The notes beneath the pieces are model-generated. The model saw nothing but the letters and a program-made list of their open reading frames with translations. It did no database searches and was not told where the DNA came from. This document shows, in pieces, positions 12,441 to 24,499 of a stretch of DNA of 64,000 nucleotides. The stretch comes from Stegostoma tigrinum (lineage: Eukaryota), in the NCBI RefSeq assembly GCF_030684315.1, contig NC_081362.1:41877744-41941743 (forward strand). The letters run 5' to 3'. Position 1 is the stretch's first letter; every line of letters begins with the position of its first letter. The translations under genes and the position numbers were made by a program.

Positions 12441-13714
12441 TTTAATGTAATCTCAGTGAGTGCACATTCCTATGACAGCTAATGACACTTCCACAGATGC
12501 ACTGCCCTGTTACTTTCTCAGCATAGACTGGAGCTTACATACATTACATCCTCATGTTCTGGTCAGCACTGAGGCCTTAAACACAAACTCTTACCCACCA
12601 TACCTCTCTAAGTGCCCATAGATCTGATTCCATTCCTTCACAGGAGCAATGACACCATGCCACTTCCCCTTGCTGAGTGCAGTAAGTCCTTGACCCTTGT
12701 CTGAGATCTCTCTGAGTATTGCTTGAGGACGTCATGCTGGCTTGCCTGGTTGGAGGGGCTGGTACCACTAGCACTGGTAAACAGGACCATCAGCTGTTCC
12801 TGCAGGCAGCATCCTGCACAGACATTTGTTCATTTTGTATAGGGTGACAACAGGTGATGGGGATCAAGAGGAGGGAAGGGGGGCAAGATATTGGGATCCA
12901 GGATGGGGAGGTGGTGACAGCAGATAGCATTTGAAAACCTTGGCTCAGACATCCAGATGGATACTGCTAGCTTGCAGGGATTAGGAGCTGTTTAAATAAG
13001 GCATCATGACCTTTGACCCATGTGGTGATGTCAGGGGCAGCAATTCCCACTGTCAAATGATATACCGGGCCCCATGACACTGAATGTCCAGTTGGCTGGC
13101 CAATGTATGATATTACCTCCCAGTGGAAGTCCTGCTCATCTGTAGCCCTGCCATTGAGGCACTTGTTGCTGTAACAGAAGTTCCCCTATTATCTGTAATT
13201 TAAAGGAAATTTTGTTGAAATGCTGCCTTTGGAGATGTGGAAAACCATCTTAAGCTGATTGTTCATTCTGCTGTTTGTAACTTAGAAGTGTAATTGCATT
13301 CTGACAAACCACTCATTGTGGTTTCTGTTTGTGGGCAGAGTGAGTAATCAGCTTGCACAGAAAGGCCAAAAGTGTTGCTCTTTGAACAGACCATTTTCGA
13401 CCATTGTGGTAGATTCGCTGCCAGAAAGCACAAACTGTGGTCATGGCTTTAAATGACTGCCCGCATACTGCTCTTTATACTATAACTGGATCTGTGAAAC
13501 TCATTCTGCAGTGCAATTAAAACAGGTTGCAGGGCAACGAGAGTCCCAGCATATTTCATTTAAGTCCTCGGGGGATATATACCACAAGAGCTAGAGTTTG
13601 AGTCTTTATAATGCCATAGAACAGTGACCAATGTAGAGCTGGCTGCAAACTTCAGTCAAGTATTGAGCAGAATCTTACGTGGATCTTAAGGATGTGGGCT
13701 GTGGCTGGAATCAG

Positions 13715-13872
13715 GGACAATGTGGGAGAAGACTGGAGCACCCAGAGGAAACCCACAAGGGCATGGGGAGAATGTGCAAACTCCACACAGACAGTGACTG
13801 AAGGCTGGAATTGAACTCAGGTCCCTGGTGCTGTGAGGCAGCAGTGCTAACCACTGAGCCACTGTATTGCCC
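13715..13872 (-). mobile_element. HE1-type SINE, 5' part only
   Basis: Reverse complement of the tRNA-like head and the start of the core. Confidence 0.8.
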
Positions 13873-14139
13873 TAAGATGTCCTTGGATGACAGTTTTAAA
13901 TTAGTAAGATGTCCAGGTCTCACAGTGCTTCAAAGGAATGCTAGCAAGCAATTTTTGACATTGAGCTACTATTGGAGCAGCGAATGAAAACGTTATTCAA
14001 AAAAGGAGCATCTTACCAAGAATGAGGGGAGGTAGAGAGCTTCAGGGAGCAAACTTTAAAGCTTTGGCAACTGACTCAGTCGACCCTAGTAGACCAATAT
14101 AAATTACCAACGTGCCAGAATTGGAGAAGCATGGAAATG

Positions 14140-14399
14140 TCGGAGAGAGTGCCACATTCTCAGTGCTGAGGGAGCGCCACACTGTCAGAGGGTCAGTAGC
14201 TGAGAGACCGCCACACTGTCAGAGGGTCAGTGCTGAGGGAGCGCCGCACTGTCGGAGGGTCAGTGCTGAGGGAGCGCCGCACTGTCGGAGGGTCAGTGCT
14301 GAGGGAGTGGGCACTGTCGGAGGGTCAGTGCTGAAGAAATGCCGCTCTGTGGAAGGGTCAGTGCTGAGGGAGTGGGCACTGTCGGAGGGTCTGTACTGA
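14140..14399 (+). repeat. 33-bp minisatellite, ~8 units
   Basis: Unit CAGTGCTGAGGGAGCGCCGCACTGTCGGAGGGT, starting at 14161, 14194, 14228, 14261, 14294, 14326 and 14359. Confidence 0.9.
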
Positions 14400-14489
14400 C
14401 TGATTTCAAAATTTATTCAACAAGTTTCAAACCTTAAGACATTTTACTGTAACGAATAAATGTGCAGCAAAATTGACAAAACTGAAGAG

Positions 14490-14800
14490 AGTATTACAGG
14501 GGCGGGAGGGGTCTTTGATGATGTTGGCAGCCTTTTCGTGGCAATGAGACATGTAGATGGTGTCCCTGGATGGCAGATTGGCTTCCATGATGGTCTGAAC
14601 TGTTACACAACTTTCAGTAGTTTCTTACAGTCCTGGCCAGAGCAGTTGCCGTACCAGGCCGTGATGCACCCAGATAGATTGCTTCCTATGGTGCATCGAT
14701 AAAAGTTGGTGAGTGTCCTTATGGCCATGCCGAATTTCCCAAGCCTCCTGAGGATGAAAAGGTGTTGTTGTGGCTTCTTAACCATTGCATCTACCTGGGA
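14490..14800 (-). mobile_element. Rex1/Babar-type LINE 3' fragment
   Basis: KKPQQHLFILRRLGKFGM...LTNFYRCTIGSNLSGCITAWYGNCSGQDCKKLLKVV is characteristic of the Rex1 ORF C-terminal region. Confidence 0.75.
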
Positions 14801-15272
14801 GTTCAGATTGTTGGTGAGGAGATTTGCCAGGATGTTGCCTGGTATGGAGGGAAGGTCTTACGAGGAAAGGCTGAGGGACTTGAGGCTGTTTTCATCAGAG
14901 AGAAGAAGGTTGAGAGGTGACTTAATTGAAACATATAAAATAATCAGAGGGTCAGATAGGGTGGATAGGGAGAGCCTTTTTCCTAGGATGGTGATGGTGA
15001 GCACGAGGGGGCATAGCTTTAAATTGAGGGGTGAAAGATATAGGACAGATGTCAGAGGTAGTTTCTTTACTCAGAGTAGTAAGGGTGTGGAACTCTTTGC
15101 CTGCAATGGTAGTAGATTCGCCAACTTTAGGTACATTTAAGTCATCATTGGACAAGCATATGGACGTACATGGAATAGTGTAGGTTAGATGGGCTTCAGA
15201 TTGGTGTGACAGGTCGGCACAACATCGAGGGCCGAAGGGCCTGTACTGTGCTGTCATGTTCTATGTTCTATG
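14800..15272 (+). mobile_element. CR1 (HER1-type) LINE 3' fragment
   Basis: RRFARMLPGMEGRSYEERLRDLRLFSSERRRLRGDLIETYKI...TRGHSFKLRGERYRTDVRGSFFTQ; (TATGTTC)n tail; very similar to the 3' part of the copy at 26997-28862. Confidence 0.9.
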
Positions 15273-17440
15273 TAATCATGTGAGAAGCCCCACAAGGTCT
15301 TTTGTGATGTTAGGAGCAACCAGTAGCCTTTTCCAATGGAGCTCCAAATGTTGATACAAGCTTTGCGGTAGAGAGTGGCAAGAGGCTTATTATTGATGGG
15401 GATTTTTACTTGTCATCACCCTCATTAACTGCAAATCTTGCCTCACTGGTATGTAGCTTCTTCTTGTAGAGTAGGATAGACAGACACTTGACTCTGTGAG
15501 TTGAAAGTCAAAGCAGGTACCTTGTCACTCTGGCTTGCTGGTTGCTTCTCTGTACTTCGATCTTTGACATCAAGTACCAATGCTCTGCATCATCATGGCA
15601 CATCTCTGATCGACTTGCACAAGCAACATTGCTGCACTTCAGTGTGGCACTTTGGAGGACACCACCTACTATTATTGTAATGTTGTTATAAGGATGAAAC
15701 TGCGCACATGGGATCAAGCACTGAGCTTATGGAATGGACCAGGCTGCATCTCAGGGCTCCTTGCTTACTCTCTGAATGTTCACTCACTTAGCATCTACTT
15801 GCATTCTCTCAGCATCCCCTACCTTGCTTTGCCATGCCATTTAGTGCATTGATCCCTCAGGCAGAGCTTAAAATTCCACTGTCTTTATTCTTCTGTCTTG
15901 ACTTAACATACATTGACATACAGCTTGTTTTGCTGGGCATTAGTCCTCAGTCAAGAGGATGGACAACTTGTTATACAGCACAGTGCTATGTCAATCTCAT
16001 GTGCCAGCTGTGTAGTGGAACATTGCACGTGCTGTAAGTGAATATCCATGCCTCAAGGGGAGCTGTCCTCACTGAAGGCAGAAAGGCCTCTGCCGTCAGG
16101 GGCTCCTAGCACAGGATGTCAAGGCCAGATCAGCCCAGGAGTTGGCTTTGGTACGATGTCCAGTCTAGGCGCATATGGTCATGGCGTCTGTATCTCTACA
16201 GTCCAGGAAGTGGGTCAGAATGTCCTGGGGGACCATTTACTGAAAGTCATGAGGGAGGAAACTTATCGAGGCCTGGTGTGTGTGGGAGGCAGACTGGTGA
16301 ACTTAATCTTGGGTAGTGGGGTCTGAAGGCTGGGGTGCAAAGGTTTGTTGGAGTAGGGGGTTTCGGCTCCATATGTTAAGGGGAGATGATACAACATGGG
16401 TAGGAAAAGGGTCATGTAGGAGGTTTGGGGAGTCAATCATCACCAGTGAGCAGAAACCTGACTTCCTGGGGGTTGTTTGGGGTGGGGGAATAGTGCATTA
16501 CCACACATGGCATCAAATGCCAGCTCAGTTGCCTGGTGCTGGGAAGGAGGCAAGTGGCATATAGAGAATCTGATAGAGGTGGGATGAAGTTGGTGGGGCT
16601 TGGGGAGGTGTGATGCCTCTGGAGTTGAAAGGTAGAGCTACCTGGAAGTGGAGTATTGATACTTGGAAGTGGAATATTGATATTTGGGGCTCATCTAGAT
16701 GCAGAGTCTGGAAGTAAGGAGCAGCATCAGTTGTCTTCAATTATTGCGTAAATCGCAAGTTTGCAATGGAAATGAAAACAGTTGCAACCACAACTGGAAT
16801 GGGGCAGCTGCGTGCATCGCTCTGTGAGTAAGGAAGCTGCAAGTTCCAGCAATGTGAGGCCTGTCGAGTGGAAACAGCATTGGATACAGACTCATACCCT
16901 GTGACATAGAATCCCTGGCAACCTTTATGCATTCCTGGCACCTCCCTGCCCCAAGGATTTCAGACCATTTCTTACTAGATTCAGACTGACCCAATTAGCG
17001 TCTGTGATCCAATAGCAATGCCTGTGTCCCTGGTAAGAGAGCCAGGTTGCCTGTCAGTCAGCCATTGCCAACACACAGGTCACTTTACACCTTGGATCAT
17101 GTAGGAATAAGGATGGGTGGCTTCTTTGTTTGTCAGCTGCAGTTGTTCCTATATAGAGACTTGAAGGAACAGGCTATATTGAACAGTGCACATAGAATTA
17201 CAAATGTGAGCATTTATGATCAATGAAATGTCACTTGTGCCATCAACGTGCTCTCAGAATGTATTGTTCTTCCTTCCCCTCCCACTGTGTCTTAGTGCAG
17301 TCCCAGCTTCTGCAGCTGGGCTAGAGGCATCCTGCCCCAAGCTGGAGCCTGTTGGCCTGGAGCTATGGTTGGTCAACCCCAGGGAAGTTTTTCTAGAGGG
17401 GTCACGTTCCCTGAATTCCTCCTGCTTAGAGGCAGGTGCC

Positions 17441-17539
17441 TCTCTGATGAAGGGTCTAGGCCTGAAACATCAGCTTTAGTGCTCCTCTGATGGTGTTTGA
17501 CCTGCTGTGTTCATCTAGCTTCACACTTTATTATCTTGC
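17441..17539 (+). mobile_element. Isolated Penelope terminal repeat with hammerhead-like core
   Basis: CTGATGA-A-GGG-TCTAGG-CCT-GAAAC-ATC-AGC (from 17444), then GCTCCTCTGATG...CCTGCTGTGTTCATCTAGC...TTATCT; same family as 5661-5755. Confidence 0.75.
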
Positions 17540-18349
17540 ATCCTCCTTGGTGACAGAATTGTGGATGGCAGGCTGGGTGGAGGTAGAAGGCCCAGCCTCC
17601 TCTGGAGTGTCCTGAGAGGGGATTTCTAAAGGGGGCCAACATGTGGTTGTTCCTCCAGCTGAGTGCGTACTGACACCGCCCTGTTTCCTCATGAGGAAGG
17701 GACATCTGCACAGAGTCTCTGAACTCCCCGTGACCATGCCCTTCCTGCAGAGGATCAGTAGCTAGGACGATGGAGACAGGTCCATTTGCACATCCAGCAG
17801 GCTCTGAGAGTGCTAGGCCTGGATTTCCATGACAGCCACCTGTCCATAGAGGCAGCCAGACGCTTGCACGCCTGAGGCAACAGGGTCCACATCTCATCTC
17901 TGCAGGCCTGTGTCTGCTTGTGCATGTTGATGGTGTCCCAACATTATGGGATCCTCTCCTGCCTGGTATCTGGCTTCTCTCTGAGGTGCTGGTGTCTTGA
18001 GCCATTTCTTACTCGATGAGCTGCATGAGATGTGACAGTGACATGCTCACCAGCAGATAGTCGCAACTCCAATCTAGTCACAGCATGCACCAAGGCATCA
18101 AAATCTGAGCATAGGAGGCAGCCTTTCGCTTGCTTCCTCTGAGTGCTCCGTACTCAGCTCTGGGGTAGTGCCAGCGGGACTATGCTGGCTCACCATGCTC
18201 TTGTCCCGCAAGTCCATGGACAGGCTGCTGCAAGACATTTAAAAAAAGGGAGTCACAGCTAAGGTTCGAAGATGTGTCAAGTGAGAATGGAGTTGACAGT
18301 GGCTTCATGTGAGATTCACACTGCGGAGAACATGGTTTCTTAATTGACT

Positions 18350-19000
18350 GGCAGAATATGAACATCCTTGCATCTCTGTGAACCCTGTCCTGGTCCTCTC
18401 TGGCCAGTGCCTGGATCTTTCCTTCGTAGACGGTGAAGGGATAGATGGTGGGCCTATTCTGGCACCTACTGTGGGCTGTTTTCACCTAGGCCAAAAGAAA
18501 AGGGGGGATTGAGTGAAATGAAAGTGGGTGACAAAACTCAAGTCAGTGCTGGTGCAGGCAGGTCAGGAGGGATGGGGTGGGAAGAGGTTGAATGAAGTGG
18601 GGTAATGTGAGCGATCCCAAATGAGTCAGTCGGCAGTGCAGAGGCATGTAGGGTTGATGGGGGTGGTTTTGGGGTAGGTGACAGTGACTGAGGGAAGACA
18701 CTGCAGGCAATAGTGAGAGTTGTGGAACATGAGCCTTTCTGACATGTGGGTGCAGCAGCAGAAGTAGGGTGATTGTGAAGTAGCAGAGAGATGATGGTCA
18801 CTTTCACCCTGGCAGACAGGGGAAGGTCGCTGACCTTCTTCATGCATTGTTTGGGTGTTTTGCTGGATGGTGAAAGTGGCATACTCAGGGTAGTGCCCCC
18901 AGACTAAACTGGTAGGCTCTGAGAATGTGGTATGCTTTGTTGGACCTGCGGGTAGAGGATGGACCACCACGGCCAATCCCTCCCAGATCTGTGCTGGCAA
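18350..19000 (-). pseudogene. Decayed Myb/SANT-like gene of PIF/Harbinger type
   Basis: Minus translation KQCMKKVSDLPLSAR resembles QCRKKVNDL..SAR of Harbinger Myb proteins; followed by an apparent intron (~18810-18488, polypyrimidine...CCTAG acceptor) and KTAHSR...PTIYPFTVYEGKIQALAREDQDR. Frameshifted. Confidence 0.5.
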
Positions 19001-20272
19001 ATTGTGACACTGATTTCCCCTTACAGCCAGGACCTCATGAAGTGTGTGCAACCAGTGCTCATCTGGATGCCAGACGCCACTGCCAGGGATGCTGGAATAT
19101 CCAGGCAGTGGCAAGCAATGTACCCTTTAATTTGCCTACTGTCTGCACTGGCTTCCGTGTGTGGCAGTGACTTCCAGAAACAGAAACTATAACCATGGTT
19201 GGTACAGTGGTGCTGATCACTGTTCATGGAACATCAGAGCAGCTTCATGCATACTCAGCAACATAACAAGACGGAATGTTGTTGTCGAGTACTTTAGGCT
19301 GTGCCAAGTAGGAGAATGGGTCTATTTCTAGTTGTGGATGTTGCAGTGTTGATATGGCTTGGTATTTAATGCAACTTTAGGATGATAGTGTGAGAAAACT
19401 CATTAGGCTTTATAGACACAAGCTCTCCATGAAACACAAATTGACACTTAGCCAAAATATCATAAGATTCAGCCCTTTGTTTTATATTTGTGAAGTTAGC
19501 CTTGATTAAGTTCTTACTTTAGCGGCACTATTGATGATTATAACATCACTATTTATTTATGTATTTGTAATGTATTTTTACCTGATTACATTTGAGAGGC
19601 TAGTGCATCTTCAACCCCTTCAAATAATCGGGCCTATGTCACTGTATGTGTCTGTCACTGTTTGTATTCTTGCGCAGCTACCTCTGCAGATTGAGGAAGA
19701 CTTCCCCTATTTTCCTTTGCCTGAAGGCATGCATCTCCTGAGGTCCTAGCTACCATTTCTATGTGCTATTTTCAGTTCAAGTTCAGTTAATGAAAATGAC
19801 TTTATAACACTCATTCTGTCCTCAATACCTAATATCCCATCCTTGCATCCAAGGCCCCAAAGGTTCAATCCCAAAGGTTATATCACCAATATAATCTTCA
19901 CCTTAATTCCAGACATTATTCCTTCTCTCTGATCTGTATTCAGTTCATGGCATTTCTCTTTGACTGCATGTCTCAGGCGCCACGTCCTAACAGGTATTTC
20001 TATGAACTACCAATAAGAAAGACTGACAGTTTGTCCTCTTTTCCTCATAACTATTGGTTTGACCTATAAGATTGGAAACATTTCTTTCTGATTCATGTTA
20101 ACTCGTCCTCTGATTGTAATAAATGTTTTATCATATATCTGCATGGCTCCATTCCAGGCTATACCCTGTCACTTGGCTCCAGTTTGTTTAACTTATTGCT
20201 ATGAAGCAAAAACAATAATTGTTGAAAACTTAAATGTCTGCTAACATTTGTGGGAAGATCAGATAAGTTTGA

Positions 20273-20922
20273 ATAAAAACCAAAATGACTGTGCACACTG
20301 AAAATCAGAAACAAAAACAGAATTTGCTGGAAAAGCTCAGCAGGTCTGGCAGCATCTGTGGACAGAAACCAGAGTTAACATTTTGGGTCCAGTGTTCGTT
20401 CCTCAGAGCTGACGGTAGCTAGACTCTTCAGCACATCACAGTTTCCTGGCCAACATCTTTGTCTCAGGCTTGCTGCAGGGCTCCAGTGAAGTTCAGCGTA
20501 AGCTGGAAGAACAGCACTGTTTGGGAACGCTACAGCCTTCTAGATGCCATATCGAGTTCAACAATTTTGGAGCTTGAGGCAACTTCTCTCGTATCCTTAC
20601 CCCAACCCCCACACACCAGGCCTTGTTGCCAATGGTCTGTTATTATACACAACCTATTGTTAGCCACTAATTGTCCCTATTCATTCTCCCATGCCAATCG
20701 TTATCAAATCCATTGTGTGTCCAACCGTTATTCTCTCTCTTTGTGTTCTATCGTTACCTATCATTTACTTATTATCCCCTCCTCCCACCCTAGTTTCTGC
20801 GTAAAAAAAATTTTCCTAGTTTCCCTCAGTTCTGAGGAAGGGTCACTGAAACTCTAACTTTGATTTTTCTCCACAGATGCTACCAGACATGCTGAGTTTT
20901 TCCAGCAATTTCTGTTTTTGTT
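20273..20922. mobile_element. Penelope-derived element with inverted terminal arms and TSD
   Basis: Left arm TAAAAACCAAAA...GCTGGAAAAGCTCAGCAGGTCTGGCAGCATCTG; right arm is its reverse complement; PLE 3' sequence between them; flanking duplication TCAGATAA(G/A)TTTGA at 20259-20272 and 20923-20936. Confidence 0.75.
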
Positions 20923-20949
20923 TCAGATAAATTTGAGGTTCTCCTATAT

Positions 20950-21600
20950 ACCCTTCTTCAAAAAAAACCTTTTGTCAGTCCACAAGCATTTGACCCTGAG
21001 TTTTCAATTGCCCATCATTTCATTCTCCTCTCTGCTCTCAGGCTGATACCTTTGTTGCAGGCCTGCTGCACTGCTCCAGTGAAGGTCAATCTGAACTTGA
21101 GGAAAAGCATCTCATCTTTCAGTTAAGGAGTTTTCCACCTTCTGGAGTCAATCGAGTTTTCTCATTTTAGATTGCAAATTCTGTTCCCATCCCACTCCTC
21201 TATTTTATTTCCATTTCTTTGTGTTCTTTTTGGTTTCTTTTATTTTTATTTCCAATAATAGGATATCCACATCTTTTGAGTCTTTTTTTTCTTTTTTGCT
21301 TGGGAGACTCACACTTCTGTGATTCAATCTCTTCTGTCTCTCACCCTACCATAGATAGCCCTTTAGTCCTTGTCCCAATCACCATTTGTTCAAAACTTAT
21401 TATATCTCTAACTTTACCCATTTCAAGTTGAAATGTATCAACATGAACTAGTAATTCCGTTTCTCTCACCATAGAATCGTGCTGAGGATTTCCATGATTT
21501 TCTTTGTGCTTTCATTTAAGGGTAAAATATCAAATTGTTTGTTCTCTCCACTTCTTTATTTGTATTTCAGATTTGCAGCATCTGCAATATTTTGCTTAAG
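20950..21600 (+). mobile_element. Older Penelope-like 3' remnant
   Basis: GCCTGCTGCACTGCTCCAGTGAAG...CTTGAGGAAAAGCATCTCATCTTTC (PLE C-terminal LEE.HLIF motif) and decayed terminal repeat ...TTTCAGATTTGCAGCATCTGCA. Confidence 0.5.
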
Positions 21601-22412
21601 TTTTGAAAGACAATGTTTTGGAAATAATCGGCAGCTTTAGTCATTTTTTTCACTGCACCTGAGTGTTGGTGAGAAAAGATCACTGTTGGACCAACACCAG
21701 TTTGTTTCATTTATTCAGATCTACAAGAAGCCAAGGGAAATAGAAGCTTCCTGGAATCCTTCAATAATTTTTTTTAAGATACTGCAGCCTGAATTAAGAT
21801 TTGAAGTTTTATATTTTTTGTTCCGTTTAAATGTACAAAATCCTTCCAAATTCTCCATGGTTCTCTATGGTTAGCTAACCAACACAAATATTTAACATGT
21901 TTGCAGATTTTTACCAATGTTGATCTAAACCAAATTTTAGGAGATAGGAGAATGTCTGAAGGCCAACTCTCTGACTCTCTGCTGTGATTCAGTTGACAAC
22001 AATGAATATTTACCTTCTGAAGGAGGAAAGAAAACAGACAGTGCTTTGATATATTTGTATGCACAGTTCTGCTGCTTACTAGCTCTTATCTTTTCAATTC
22101 TACCTCTCTGGGTACAATTATCACATCCTCATAATACCTCCATGTATTTCAGAACCAACTAAATGTCTTTTAAATGCAGTAACCATTATGGGTGTAAACC
22201 AACAGCCAATTCCTCACACTGAGTCCATAAAAAAATGGCAAATGAGATAAATAATCATCTGGTTTCTCCAATTGTTGTTTTAACTCTGCTCGCATTCATT
22301 ATTTCTCTTTTATCATGTAATTTAAACCCACTCTGAGTTTGTTATTATGACAGACTGGTGGAGGTGAAGGCAGGGTCAAGAACTTTCTTCAGACTCAGAC
22401 TTCAAAGCAACC

Positions 22413-23166
22413 TGTTGTCTGTGCTTTGGACACTTCAAACAGTTTATGTATTAAAACACTTGCCCCAAATGCTGGTGTTAGTGATGCAGATGACTCAGTT
22501 CAACTTGATTTTATTAACAAAATACTCTTCACTAAAAATACTACGTGAGCATTTCCCAAATTCCCACAATATTTACTCTCGATCTAGCTCTATTTTTCTG
22601 AGAGAAGTCATGACCAGTAACAATCTACCTGCTTGAGCTGGATGATTGGAATCTCCTTCCTCTCCAGTGTAGGGCTAGCTTTCTTACAATAAGGTGGCTC
22701 TTGCAGGTCAGAGCAGATCTTTTTCTGGGTCTTCTGCCTTAAGTCTTGCTGCAGGTTTTCCCTGCGAGTCATCACTAAGTCTTTGCTGAGTCTTCATTGA
22801 TCCTTCCTCACAACTTCCAGAATGTTCTAGACCTTTTGGCCAATGGGGTCATTTGCTAGGTTCAAATCATCCAATGGAGTCACACTAATACCTTTCACTG
22901 TTGCCATTCCCAGAGGCATAAGTACACATCCTTAGGTACTCAAGTTGCCAGAACATCTGATCGACAATACACTACCCTCAGCTGGTTGTAATTTGTACCC
23001 CTTGAACCTTTGTAACCTCTTTGACCTTGAGTTGCACTGTTCTCTGTAACTAATAACTCCTGCCCACTGCTTAATTTAGTTTGACCAATTTTCTATCAGG
23101 CATGATTTCTCTAGCTATGGATCAATTTAGAATGTCCAATTTTGGGCCCATGGTTGCTTCACCACA
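22413..23166 (-). repeat. 3' LTR of the provirus
   Basis: Alignable along its length to 29734-30519 (e.g. TGTTGTCyGTGCwTTGGAC, TTTTATTAACAAAA, TTAGAATGTCCAATTTTG, CCATGGTTGCTT); minus-strand AATAAA at ~22510; purine tract CAGGAGAGAC (23416-23425, minus) abuts the duplicated LTR start beyond the Penelope insertion. Confidence 0.8.
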
Positions 23167-23401
23167 TAAAAACCAAAAGAACTGTGGTTGCTGTAAATCA
23201 GGACCAAAAACAAAGATGCTGGAAAAGCTCAGCAGGTCTGGCAGTATCTGTGGAGGAGAAAACAGAATTAACGTTTCCGGCCCCGTGGCCCTTCCTCAGA
23301 ACTGTTCTGAGGAAGAGTCACCGGGCCTGAAATGTTAACTCTTGTTTTCTTCCCCACAGACGCTGCCAGACCTGCTGAGCTTTTCCAGCAACTTTGTTTT
23401 T
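23167..23401. mobile_element. Palindromic Penelope-derived mini-element with two hammerhead cores, inserted at the LTR/PPT junction
   Basis: Arms of ~100 bp (23205-23302 and 23304-23402) are imperfect reverse complements centred on 23303; TSD GTTGCTTCACCA at 23153-23164 and 23402-23413. Confidence 0.8.
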
Positions 23402-23439
23402 GTTGCTTCACCATAGTCTCTCCTGTGGATTCCTGTACA

Positions 23440-24200
23440 TTTTCTAAAAGACCTTTCACAGTTTTCTTGTGGCAGAGGGTTTCAACCTCAGGCTCTGTCA
23501 AGTCCAGTCCTCTCATGAGGCGTCTGCTCATTAGAACCTGAGGGGGTGTTCAATCCATTTGAACTGAAGGGGAGTCCCTTATGACCATGAGGACAAAGGG
23601 TAAAACTATGTTCTTACTGTTTTGCTGGATGATCTTTTGCAGCGTCCCTTTGAGGATTTTCTTCATCCTTTCTACAAGCCCAATGGATTGAGGATGGAAG
23701 GTGACATGGAACCTTTGGCTGGCACTAAATATATCCATCACTTCATGCATTACCTAGGCTATGAAATGGGTTCCCTGGTCTGAATCTATACCACAGAGAA
23801 GCCCCCATCTAGTGAAAACACGCTGAGTTAAGATGTTTACTGCAACTTTAGTGGTGTCCGTTCAAGTGGGGATCATCTCTATCTGTTTGCTAAAAATGTC
23901 AATGACGACTAGGATATATTTATATCCCTTTTACAGGATGATAGGGGCCAATGTTGTCCATTTCAAGAACAGCCCACAGTCCTGCTACTGGCCTGATATG
24001 CCTTAACTCTCCTTTATTGGCAAACTTGTTTATATTAACATGGGCACAGTTAATACAATTCTTGGTGTAATGTTATATGTTGTTTCCCATTCCTGGCCAT
24101 CAACACAATCCCACAATTTTGTCAGTTGTGGCTTCTATGGCTCGATGATTCTGGACTCACAGTATTCATAAATCACTTGATTTCAATCATGGACTGCTAG
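23440..24200 (-). pseudogene. Retroviral-type integrase remnant
   Basis: YILVVIDIFSK...VFTRWGF...IDSDQGTHF...FHPQSIGLVERMKKILKGTL...LPFVLMVIR; stops and frameshifts. Confidence 0.85.
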
Positions 24201-24499
24201 CATGTATGCCTATCTTTGAGAACAAATCTGAACTGAGTACTTAACCTGTTCTCCCATGTGCTTTACAAGATGGGTATCATTCCCTCCTGTATTTGCTTTA
24301 GCTCAGCATCACAACTCTCAGCCTTTCCCAGATCTTTGACCTTGGTTTGGTCAACAGTGGTGGTATCTATTTGTTCTGGAATGGGGGGGCTGCCACGTTT
24401 CTCCTTTGTGGGCATCATGCTGAGCCAATTCATCTGTCCATATGTTCCCAGCTGGGGAGGAACTAGCTTTAGTGATGCCATATTTGTGTAATTGAGCGT

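Noticed and set aside
14140-14399. CRISPR-like array of ~33-bp repeats
   Set aside because: Units are contiguous with no unique spacers, no cas genes are present, and the context is vertebrate; it is a minisatellite.
16642-16684. Two copies of a 21-bp unit (TGGAAGTGGAGTATTGATACT)
   Set aside because: Simple local duplication in decayed repeat-like DNA with nothing indicating function.
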